40,379 nt of DNA from Flavobacteriales bacterium (GTDB lineage Bacteria > Bacteroidota > Bacteroidia > M30B66). The stretch lies in NCBI GenBank assembly GCA_035388945.1, contig DAOOQW010000003.1, positions 1-40,379 on the forward strand. Direction: 5' to 3'. The notes under the pieces were generated by a model that was given only the letters and a program-made list of their open reading frames with translations, made no database searches and was not told the origin of the DNA. A program made the position numbers and the translations under genes. Positions within the stretch are counted from its first letter, which is position 1; each line of letters begins with the position of its first letter. Shown one piece after another: positions 1 through 8,283 of this stretch.

Positions 1-1
1 T

Positions 2-2623
2 AGCTCTTACGCACGTCAGTTTTTGGGCAGAATTAATAAGCCTGATGTTGATTTTATTCAAGGCATTTCTCCAGCAGTTGCAATTGAACAAAAAGTAAAC
101 TCTACCAATCCTAGATCTACCGTCGGAACCTCAACAGAGATTTACGACTACATGAAACTGCTTTTTGCTCGAATCGGGAAAACCATTTCTCCTGTCTCCG
201 GTGAACAAGTGTTTCGATCTACTCCAGCTGATGTGGTCGATTTCATCAACACGCAACCCAAAGGAGCCAAAGTCTCGATCTACGCACCTCTCAACAATGA
301 TCGCTTCGACAATAAACCGGCCAACCTTTCTTTACTCCGGCAATTAGGTTTTTCGCGTATGCGGATTGGTCAAGAACTCAAGCGCATTGAAGATTGGGAA
401 AACGATGGAAAAACCCTGAAAGGAAAAACATTAGAACTCCTCATCGACCGCTTTGTGGTTAACCAAGAGGATGAAGATAATAATAGCCGCATCTCCGATT
501 CTGTTCAAACTACCTTCTATGAAGGTAATAATGAGTGCATTGTAGAAGTTGTCCTGGAAGATGGCACCATCCTGACCAAACGCATGAATAATCGGTTCGA
601 AGCCGATGGAATTGTATTCGAAGAACCAAGTGTACATCTCTTTAGCTTCAACAACCCTTTTGGTGCCTGCAAAACGTGCGAAGGTTTTGGAACCGTTATT
701 GGGATTGATGAAGGACTCGTTGTTCCCGATAAAAGCTTATCCGTTTACGAAGGCTGTGTGGCTCCATGGAAAGGTGAAAAAATGAGCGAATGGCGCGACA
801 ATTTTGTCAAATATGCCATGAAAGTTGATTTTCCAGTGCATCGCGCTTATTATGACTTAGATGAAAATCAACTAGATCAACTTTGGAACGGGACGCCCCA
901 TGCCGAAGGAATTAACGCATTCTTCCATTATGTAGAAGAACAAGCATACAAAATTCAATATCGGGTAATGTTATCGCGCTACCGCGGAAAAACAAGTTGC
1001 CCCGATTGTAAAGGAACACGATTGAGAAAAGATGCCGGATACGTTCAAGTGGGTGGCAAAAGCATCATCGAGTTGGTACTAATGTCAATCGATCGCGTAA
1101 AAGCATTCTTCGATCAAGTTGAATTAGATGAATACCAGGCCCAAGTTGCTAAACGTGTTTTAGTTGAAATTCAAAGCCGACTTGGATTCTTATGTGATGT
1201 TGGATTAGGATACTTAACGCTAAACCGCCTCTCGTCTACTCTTTCGGGTGGAGAAAGTCAACGTATAAACCTAGCAACTTCTATCGGCTCTGCTTTAGAA
1301 GGCTCACTTTACGTGTTAGATGAGCCAAGTATCGGACTTCATTCTCGCGATACCGATCGTTTAATCACCATTCTTAAACGATTGAGAGATTTAGGTAATA
1401 CCGTTATCGTGGTTGAACACGATGAGGAAATCATGAAAGCGGCTGATGTTCTTATCGATATGGGGCCTGAAGCTGGCACACACGGTGGAAACGTTGTGTT
1501 CCAAGGTGTTCATGCCGATCTCATAACTGCTGGAAGCAGCTTAACTGCCGACTACTTAACAGGCAGAAAAGAAATTGCACTTCCTGCTAAAAGTCGCAAA
1601 TGGAATCAGTCCATTCAAATTAAAGGAGCACGCCACAACAACCTCAAAAGTGTAGATGCAACTTTCCCACTTGGAGTGATGACGGTCATTTCGGGTGTTT
1701 CAGGCTCAGGAAAAAGTTCTTTGGTTAACAAGATTCTTTATCCAGCACTAAAAAAAATGTTCGAAGGTTATTCCGAGCAAACCGGACAATTTGATCGACT
1801 CGAAGGTGATTACAGAAGCATTGGAGCTGTAGAATACATCGATCAAAACCCAATTGGGAAATCAAGTCGGAGTAATCCTGTTACTTATGTAAAGGCTTAC
1901 GATGAGATTCGCACACTCTATTCCATCCAACCTGTTGCAAAAACCCGAGGTTACAAACCTTCTGCTTTTTCCTTTAATGTAGAGGGCGGACGATGTGAAG
2001 AATGCGAAGGAGAAGGATTTGTTACCATCTCGATGCAGTTCATGGCCGACATCAAACTTCAATGTGATGTATGCAATGGGAAACGATTCAAAGATGAAAT
2101 TCTGGAAGTAGAATACAACGGAAAGAACATCTACAACATCCTTGAAATGACTGTTGAAGATGCCATTAACTTCTTCAGCAATGGCAAAAATGTAGCAACC
2201 GATCAACGTATTGTTGCTAAACTTCAACCGCTTGCTGATGTAGGTTTAGGTTATGTTCATTTAGGACAGGCGTCTTCCACTCTTTCGGGAGGAGAAGCTC
2301 AACGTATCAAGCTTGCATCCTTTCTCACCAAAGGAAGTTCTGCAGTTCATACCCTTTTCATATTCGACGAACCAACAACTGGTTTGCATTTCCACGACAT
2401 CCGTAAACTGCTGGATGCCTTCAATGCACTCATTGCACAAGGACATTCACTCGTTATCATTGAACATAATCTGGATGTAATCAAATGCGCAGATTATGTT
2501 ATTGATCTTGGTCCAGAAGGTGGCGATACTGGTGGACAAGTAGTTTTCGAGGGAACACCTAAAGATTTAGCTAAGCGAGAAGATTTGTGGACAGGTCGAT
2601 ATTTGAAAGAGAAATTCAGTTGA
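2..2623 (+). CDS. uvrA: Excinuclease ABC subunit UvrA (N-terminus cut by window edge)
   Basis: The frame is open from nt 2 (SSYARQFLGRINKPDV...), so the TTG at 23 in the ORF track is not the real start. Two ABC modules are present (Walker A GVSGSGKSS; signatures LSGGESQRINLA and LSGGEAQRIKLA). Cys-rich zinc modules are present (CKTCEGFG, CPDCKGTR, CEECEGEG...CDVCNGKR). Confidence 0.97.
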   Translation, partial: SSYARQFLGRINKPDVDFIQGISPAVAIEQKVNSTNPRSTVGTSTEIYDYMKLLFARIGKTISPVSGEQVFRSTPADVVDFINTQPKGAKVSIYAPLNNDRFDNKPANLSLLRQLGFSRMRIGQELKRIEDWENDGKTLKGKTLELLIDRFVVNQEDEDNNSRISDSVQTTFYEGNNECIVEVVLEDGTILTKRMNNRFEADGIVFEEPSVHLFSFNNPFGACKTCEGFGTVIGIDEGLVVPDKSLSVYEGCVAPWKGEKMSEWRDNFVKYAMKVDFPVHRAYYDLDENQLDQLWNGTPHAEGINAFFHYVEEQAYKIQYRVMLSRYRGKTSCPDCKGTRLRKDAGYVQVGGKSIIELVLMSIDRVKAFFDQVELDEYQAQVAKRVLVEIQSRLGFLCDVGLGYLTLNRLSSTLSGGESQRINLATSIGSALEGSLYVLDEPSIGLHSRDTDRLITILKRLRDLGNTVIVVEHDEEIMKAADVLIDMGPEAGTHGGNVVFQGVHADLITAGSSLTADYLTGRKEIALPAKSRKWNQSIQIKGARHNNLKSVDATFPLGVMTVISGVSGSGKSSLVNKILYPALKKMFEGYSEQTGQFDRLEGDYRSIGAVEYIDQNPIGKSSRSNPVTYVKAYDEIRTLYSIQPVAKTRGYKPSAFSFNVEGGRCEECEGEGFVTISMQFMADIKLQCDVCNGKRFKDEILEVEYNGKNIYNILEMTVEDAINFFSNGKNVATDQRIVAKLQPLADVGLGYVHLGQASSTLSGGEAQRIKLASFLTKGSSAVHTLFIFDEPTTGLHFHDIRKLLDAFNALIAQGHSLVIIEHNLDVIKCADYVIDLGPEGGDTGGQVVFEGTPKDLAKREDLWTGRYLKEKFS

Positions 2624-2666
2624 TTAATATTCGCTTTTATCCCTGCTCGAAAGCTAATTCCCTTGC

Positions 2667-2674
2667 TACCTTTG
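2667..2674 (+). promoter_or_regulatory. Candidate Bacteroidota -7 promoter box TACCTTTG upstream of hisS
   Basis: Exact match to TAnnTTTG, 7 nt before the hisS ATG (2682). No convincing -33 TTTG was seen. Confidence 0.35.
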
Positions 2675-2681
2675 CATCATT

Positions 2682-4055
2682 ATGAAACCTTCTCTTCCTA
2701 AAGGAACCCGCGATTTCTCACCACTTGAAACTGCTCGTCGTCGTTATATTTTCGAAACTATTCGTGAATCGTTCGAGCTTTATGGCTATCAATCGCTCGA
2801 AACACCTGCAATGGAGAACCTTTCAACTCTTACAGGTAAGTACGGAGAAGAAGGCGATCGCTTGATTTTTAAGATTCTCAATTCAGGTGATTTTCTGAAA
2901 GAAGTAAGAGAACAACAAAGTGATTTAGAAGCTGTCAATAAAGTGCTTCCTCTCATAAGTGAAAAAGCTCTCCGCTACGATTTAACAGTTCCTTTTGCCC
3001 GCTATGTTGCGATGAACAAGGACAAACTGGCTTTTCCGTTTCGTCGCTACCAAATGCAACCCGTTTGGAGAGCCGATCGCCCGCAAAAAGGACGTTACCG
3101 AGAATTTTGGCAATGTGATGCTGATGTGGTTGGAAGTGCTTCGCTTATTAATGAAGCGGAGTTGATTCAAATCTACGACCGGGTATTTTCTGCATTCCGA
3201 TTACCGGTTAAAATTCTCATTAATAACCGGAAGATTTTAAGTGGTTTGGCTGAAGTTATTGGCGAGCCTGAGAGACTGATCGATATTACTGTCGCCATCG
3301 ATAAACTCGATAAGATAGGAATAGAAAAAGTGGAGCAGGAAATGCGCGATAAAGGGGTGAGTGAACTAGCTATCGAAAAGCTAAAACCACTGTTTACTAT
3401 ATCAGGTGGAATCCAAGAAAAAACAAGCTTTCTAAGAGATTTCCTTTCTTCATCTGAAACAGGTAAAAAAGGAATTGGAGAACTCGAAACCTTACTCAAT
3501 TATTTCCAAGGTGAAGATGGTTTCAAATTAGAAACATCTTCGCTCGAATTGGATTTAACCTTGGCTCGCGGATTAAATTATTACACCGGAACTATCCTGG
3601 AAGTAAAATCAAAAGATGTGGAATTCGGAAGTATCGGTGGCGGCGGTCGTTACGATGATTTAACAGGCATTTTCGGACTTCCCGGTGTTCCCGGAGTTGG
3701 AATTTCCTTTGGTGCAGACCGAATTTATGATGTGCTACTGATGCAGGATTTATTTCCCGCTTCAGCCATTACTGGAACAGAAGTATTGATTGCCAATTTC
3801 ACCAAAGAAGATGAGCGCGCTGCTATTCCCGTGTTACAATTGTTGCGAGGAGAAGGCATCAAAGCAGAAATCTATCCCGAAATTTCTAAACTGAAGAAGC
3901 AATTCGAATATGCCGAAAAGAAAGGCATTCCTTTCTTAATGATTTATGGAGAAGGGGAACGAGCTGATAATTGCATCCTCACGAAAGAACTTTCTTCTGG
4001 TAAACAAATTTCAGTTCCGCTCGAAAAACTGTCTTTTTTCAGAGAACTCTTTTGA
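2682..4055 (+). CDS. hisS: Histidine--tRNA ligase
   Basis: 457-aa class II aaRS. HisRS-type motifs are present: LRYDLTVPFARY, REFWQCDADVVG and GSIGGGGRYDDL (motif 3). A C-terminal anticodon-binding domain follows. Confidence 0.96.
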   Translation: MKPSLPKGTRDFSPLETARRRYIFETIRESFELYGYQSLETPAMENLSTLTGKYGEEGDRLIFKILNSGDFLKEVREQQSDLEAVNKVLPLISEKALRYDLTVPFARYVAMNKDKLAFPFRRYQMQPVWRADRPQKGRYREFWQCDADVVGSASLINEAELIQIYDRVFSAFRLPVKILINNRKILSGLAEVIGEPERLIDITVAIDKLDKIGIEKVEQEMRDKGVSELAIEKLKPLFTISGGIQEKTSFLRDFLSSSETGKKGIGELETLLNYFQGEDGFKLETSSLELDLTLARGLNYYTGTILEVKSKDVEFGSIGGGGRYDDLTGIFGLPGVPGVGISFGADRIYDVLLMQDLFPASAITGTEVLIANFTKEDERAAIPVLQLLRGEGIKAEIYPEISKLKKQFEYAEKKGIPFLMIYGEGERADNCILTKELSSGKQISVPLEKLSFFRELF

Positions 4056-4114
4056 CACACGCAGGGATTTTCCAATAATTTCCCACCTTGCGATTACCAA
4101 AATCAACCGCTACT

Positions 4115-5614
4115 ATGTCAGGTCAAGCTATTGATCCATCCCATTGTTATTTGGAAAGGATTCATCATTTGCTCAAATCAGGAGAACGAATTTTTCTTTC
4201 GGATGAAGCAAAAGCAAGTATTCAAAAAGGTAGAAATTATCTCGATGAACGTTTAGCAAAATCAGATGCACCAATTTATGGTATCAATACTGGTTTTGGC
4301 TCCTTGTGTGATGTTCAAATTAGTCATGACCAACTGGAACAACTTCAGGAAAACCTAGTAAAATCGCATGCTTGCGGACAAGGAGAACCTGTTCCTCCAG
4401 CTATAGTTAAGGCGATGTTATTGCTCAAAGTTCAATCGCTCACCTATGGTTTATCGGGAGTTCAAGAAATTACCGTTCAACGTTTGATCGACTTTTACAA
4501 CGAGAATGTTTTACCGGTAGTTTACCAGCAAGGTTCATTAGGCGCATCGGGCGATTTAGCACCTTTGGCGCATTTGTGTTTACCCTTACTAGGCTTAGGT
4601 GAAGTCTGGGTGAATGGTATTCGTCAACCTGCTGCTAGCGTTTTAGAACGTTTTGGCTGGGAACCGATTAAACTTCAATCCAAAGAAGGTTTAGCACTTC
4701 TCAACGGAACTCAATTTATGAATGCGTATGGCGTGAGTCTAAGTGCTGAAGCCATGCGACTTTTCAACTGGGCTACCGTTATTGCTTGTATTTCCATAGA
4801 TGCTTTTGATGGTCGTCCAGATCCGTTTCATCCGCGCATTCATGAAATTCGCCACCATCACGGACAACAAGTCATTGCCGCTACAGTAAGACGTGTTTTA
4901 GAAGGAAGTGAGATTCTAAATCAAGACAAAGTACACGTTCAAGATCCATATTCATTTCGCTGCATTCCTCAGGTTTTAGGTGCTTCATTCGATGTGTTAC
5001 GTCATGCCGAATCGGTTTTCACGAACGAACTAAATGCTGTAACAGATAACCCAACTATTTTCCCCGACGAAGATTTGATTATCTCTGGGGGAAATTTCCA
5101 CGGTCAACCACTAGCTATGGCGCTCGATTATTTATGCCTTGCAATGCACGAAGTGGGAAGCATTTCCGAACGCAGAACTTATCAACTTATTGGTGGAAAA
5201 CGCAGCTTGCCTCCTTTTCTGATTGCTAAGCCCGGCTTGAATTCAGGCTTGATGATTCCACAATACACACAAGCTTCTATTGTGAGTCAGAACAAACATT
5301 TATGCATGCCTGCTTCTGCCGATACCATTGACTCATCCAACGGACAAGAAGATCACGTGAGTATGGGCGCAAATGCTGCAACTAAGGCATGGCGAGTGAT
5401 GGAAAATCTGGAAAAAATTCTGGCAATTGAGTTACTCAATGCTGCTCAGGCAATCGAATTCCGTCGACCTAAAAAATCATCTCCAATCATCGAAGATCTG
5501 CTTGTTGCGTATCGTAAAGTAGTTCCATTTGTGGATGAAGATCGTTTACTCTACACCGACATCGAAAACAGTAGACAATTTCTTAAGAATCATCATCTTC
5601 CGCTATTCATATAG
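4115..5614 (+). CDS. hutH: Histidine ammonia-lyase
   Basis: MIO-forming Ala-Ser-Gly triad in GSLGASGDLAPLAHL, plus YGINTGFG. The selectivity motif LVKSHACGQG carries Ser-His as in HAL, not the Phe-Leu or His-Leu of PAL/TAL. I prefer the ATG at 4115 over the TTG at 4088 in the ORF track. Confidence 0.92.
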   Translation: MSGQAIDPSHCYLERIHHLLKSGERIFLSDEAKASIQKGRNYLDERLAKSDAPIYGINTGFGSLCDVQISHDQLEQLQENLVKSHACGQGEPVPPAIVKAMLLLKVQSLTYGLSGVQEITVQRLIDFYNENVLPVVYQQGSLGASGDLAPLAHLCLPLLGLGEVWVNGIRQPAASVLERFGWEPIKLQSKEGLALLNGTQFMNAYGVSLSAEAMRLFNWATVIACISIDAFDGRPDPFHPRIHEIRHHHGQQVIAATVRRVLEGSEILNQDKVHVQDPYSFRCIPQVLGASFDVLRHAESVFTNELNAVTDNPTIFPDEDLIISGGNFHGQPLAMALDYLCLAMHEVGSISERRTYQLIGGKRSLPPFLIAKPGLNSGLMIPQYTQASIVSQNKHLCMPASADTIDSSNGQEDHVSMGANAATKAWRVMENLEKILAIELLNAAQAIEFRRPKKSSPIIEDLLVAYRKVVPFVDEDRLLYTDIENSRQFLKNHHLPLFI

Positions 5615-6243
5615 CGAAGCTGATAGATTCGATCTTTAACTTCTGAGTCTTCGGGCATTTGAATTAGCCAATTATCCAAAACATAGATAGCTGAATCGGA
5701 TTTGCCCATGGTTTCATAGGCAATGGAAAGATTTATGTAAGCTGTTCGTTGTCCGGGATCTTCTTCGATAATCGAATTTAATATTTTCACCGAAGCGGGA
5801 TAATCACCAATGTCGTACTTCTCTTTTGCGAGTAAAAGCTCTTGTTCGGTTTGATGCTGGAGATACCAGTTCCATCCAATGAAAAGAGAAACTACAGTCA
5901 ATACAAACAGAATGGATAACAAAGCAGGCTTTATTAGGCTTTCGCGTTGATGATTTTCTTCGTCAGCTTCTAGAAATTTATGGAAGTATGAATATTGAAA
6001 AGCAGCGCCTGCAATGGAAAGGATGATATGAAATACTTCTAATGCCCAATCCCACGATTGAGGTAAAAAAATCCACCCCAAAACTAAAAGCAGAAATAGC
6101 AAACCTCCAACTAGAAACGTTAGCCAAGTTAGATTGGGCTTTCCAAGTTTTCTAAAATTAATTCCCCATAGAATTACTGCCGGTAGAACTAAACAGAAAT
6201 AACTTATAACTCCAATATAGAGCGGATTCCAGACCTTTTTCAC
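5593..6243 (-). CDS. Membrane protein with about 4 TM helices and a C-terminal TPR-like domain (function unknown)
   Basis: Hydrophobic segments: IGVISYFCLVLPAVILWGI, LTFLVGGLLFLLLVLGWIF, FHIILSIAGAAF and LLSILFVLTVVSLFIGW. The C-terminus is TPR-like (YPASVKILNSIIEEDPGQRTAYINLSIAYETMGKSDSAI). The start is GTG, 13 nt after the upstream gene's stop. The 3' end overlaps the hutH 3' end by 22 nt. Confidence 0.6.
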   Translation of the reverse strand: MKKVWNPLYIGVISYFCLVLPAVILWGINFRKLGKPNLTWLTFLVGGLLFLLLVLGWIFLPQSWDWALEVFHIILSIAGAAFQYSYFHKFLEADEENHQRESLIKPALLSILFVLTVVSLFIGWNWYLQHQTEQELLLAKEKYDIGDYPASVKILNSIIEEDPGQRTAYINLSIAYETMGKSDSAIYVLDNWLIQMPEDSEVKDRIYQLRYMNSGR

Positions 6244-6256
6244 AGCTATAAATTAC

Positions 6257-7291
6257 TCAGTAAAAATAAAAAGCTCCGGGAATGATTCCAACTGTCCAAG
6301 AACGCAGATGCTCACCCGAAATAGCTTTATAAACTAAGGCTTCACCAGCTTGTTGGTAATCGCGTGCATCACTTGCCCAAATTGTCGAATCGATTGCATT
6401 ATATCCTAAACCGTAAAACAAACGAGAACCTTGTGCTATAAAAGGACTTGTAGGTAATTCTAAGGCATTAACATCCAACTTAAAAACACCTTTGTTCAGA
6501 TAGATCAAAGAAGAAGCATCCAAAATGGAGTTCAACTTACTTGGATGATCCAGAGTTGATAACTGAAAACTCTTCAGCACCGAACGACTTACCGGATCAA
6601 TACACCATAAGCTTCCTCCCGTTTCAACAGCAGGAGGAATATGTCCTTCACACAAAACCCAAATACGATGATTCTTATCCATTATCAGGTCTTTAGGAGC
6701 ATCACCAACAGTAATAGAATCAACAAATAAATTCGTTTCTGGATTAAGCAGCATAAGCTTACCTCGCGTTACATTACTAATCCAAATTAGGTTTTGAGGA
6801 TCTTTTATCATGCCTTCGCTCCAACCAGGAAAAGGAATTTCACTCATAAGTGTTCCGGAGGTCGAATTTATTACGTGAACTGTGTTTGCATATAAATCAC
6901 TCACATAAACCCGATTCGAATAAGGAAGCAAATACCGTGGTGATTGTATACCCGTTACAGGACTTGTGGCTACAAACGTGTTCTTGTTAACGCGTTCAAT
7001 CTTTTGGGAATTATTCACTACTAACCATAACTCATCTCCCACCATAGCAAGTGATTGAAACACGTCTCCTAAAGGACGCTGGTTAGCCTGCTGAAATACA
7101 TCAGCACTGACAGTTCCCGATTTAAGATCGATTCGTGTGAGTGATGCATTTCCCCATTGAAAATTCCCTTCGTTCAAAATGAGAGCTGTTTTACTTACTT
7201 CAACTGGAACAATAGGAGTCGGCTCTGGATCATCCTTTTTGCATGATACCACAAACATCAGCACCCCAATCAACAATAACAACTTTCTCAT
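6257..7291 (-). CDS. Surface lipoprotein, YncE/YVTN-type beta-propeller (possible BtuG-like corrinoid binder)
   Basis: Lipobox in MRKLLLLIGVLMFVVSC|KKDD. Repeated blade-like segments: DELWLVVNNSQKIERVN, NRVYVSDLYANTVHVINSTSG, NLIWISNVTRGKLMLLNPETN, HRIWVLCEG...GSLWCIDPVSR and STIWASDARDY. Its ATG overlaps the upstream stop codon (ATGA at 7288-7291). Confidence 0.7.
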   Translation of the reverse strand: MRKLLLLIGVLMFVVSCKKDDPEPTPIVPVEVSKTALILNEGNFQWGNASLTRIDLKSGTVSADVFQQANQRPLGDVFQSLAMVGDELWLVVNNSQKIERVNKNTFVATSPVTGIQSPRYLLPYSNRVYVSDLYANTVHVINSTSGTLMSEIPFPGWSEGMIKDPQNLIWISNVTRGKLMLLNPETNLFVDSITVGDAPKDLIMDKNHRIWVLCEGHIPPAVETGGSLWCIDPVSRSVLKSFQLSTLDHPSKLNSILDASSLIYLNKGVFKLDVNALELPTSPFIAQGSRLFYGLGYNAIDSTIWASDARDYQQAGEALVYKAISGEHLRSWTVGIIPGAFYFY

Positions 7292-8283
7292 TTCTGAATG
7301 ATGAAACGTTTACGAATTACTTGTTGATTGTTGCTGAGAAGCAAAATGTAAATTCCTGCTTTCAACGAATGGACATCAATCGAAAAGCCGTCATCCTGCT
7401 TTTCAATTGCTTGATTGGAGCAAGTTCGTCCGTCGGAAGAATAAACACTTGCCATCCAATTTCCCGAAATTGACTTATCGCATTTCACTTGCAAAAAAGT
7501 TGAAGCGGGCTGAGGATATAAAACTATCGGAGGCTCCGAATGTGTTGAGAAATCAATGGCTGCAGGATCATTATTGTGTATGACTCCAACCGCATCCAAA
7601 TCAAAACCTGATGACATAAATGGAGTTGGGAAAGGATCGTTTACCATTCTTCCTTCGGAATCGCGCGTGCAAAATTGAGGAAGAATACTACCCACCACAT
7701 CTACAATTCGAACATGAGTTATGGAATTGATATCCAAACCCGAAATGCTATCTAATTCTTGTAAGTCGAATGGAGTTCCATATAACATGACATATTTCCC
7801 AGCCAGATTATTCAAGTTCTTTGCATCAATATAGCTGAAACCAGCAATCTGCTGAGAAGTATCGGTTAGCGAGGCTGCTGGAAAACGAAAGAAATTTTCA
7901 CCATCCGAACTCACTTCAACAAAACCTAATTCGAGAAATGAACCATCAAAACTATTTTCAAAAACCGCAAAATCCGGTCCCGCGCCATTTCGAATACTAT
8001 GAGCAAATTGTAAAGTAGCAGAACCTCCATCACCCAAACTTACTACTGGATTTTCACCTGCTTTCCCTAAGGCATAAGCTTCTATTCCACTACTTACATA
8101 ACCCAAAGAATCAACACCCATTTGCATCCAACTACGCTGCACAACTGCCGAATTTGCCCAGGCAACAAAAGATATACTACTCACATGAATAGCCAACGAA
8201 CCTGGTTGTCCTGCTGGTGGATCAAATTGCGCTTTCGTAAGTAGCGGAATTGCAAATAGTAAAAAGAAGAGTATCGTTCTCAT
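7288..8283 (-). CDS. Secreted protein of unknown function with a type-A T9SS C-terminal sorting domain
   Basis: Signal peptide MRTILFFLLFAIPLLTKA|Q. The core has no motif I can assign to a family (GPDFAVFENSFDGSFLELGFVEVSSDGENFFRF). The C-terminal roughly 80 aa (about 7291-7530) resemble a T9SS CTD (LYPQPASTFLQV...LKAGIYILLLSN...RKRFIIQK). Its start overlaps the upstream stop by 1 nt (TAATG at 8283). Confidence 0.75.
   Translation of the reverse strand: MRTILFFLLFAIPLLTKAQFDPPAGQPGSLAIHVSSISFVAWANSAVVQRSWMQMGVDSLGYVSSGIEAYALGKAGENPVVSLGDGGSATLQFAHSIRNGAGPDFAVFENSFDGSFLELGFVEVSSDGENFFRFPAASLTDTSQQIAGFSYIDAKNLNNLAGKYVMLYGTPFDLQELDSISGLDINSITHVRIVDVVGSILPQFCTRDSEGRMVNDPFPTPFMSSGFDLDAVGVIHNNDPAAIDFSTHSEPPIVLYPQPASTFLQVKCDKSISGNWMASVYSSDGRTCSNQAIEKQDDGFSIDVHSLKAGIYILLLSNNQQVIRKRFIIQK

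Noticed and set aside
2624-2681. T-box or other leader RNA upstream of hisS (and upstream of trpS at 25584-25620)
   Set aside because: The intergenic regions are only 58 and 37 nt, far too short for a T-box. T-boxes are also not expected in Bacteroidota.
4066-4090. Imperfect hairpin GGGATTTT...AATTTCCC between hisS and hutH considered as a terminator
   Set aside because: Two central mismatches and no U-tract. hisS and hutH are more likely co-transcribed.
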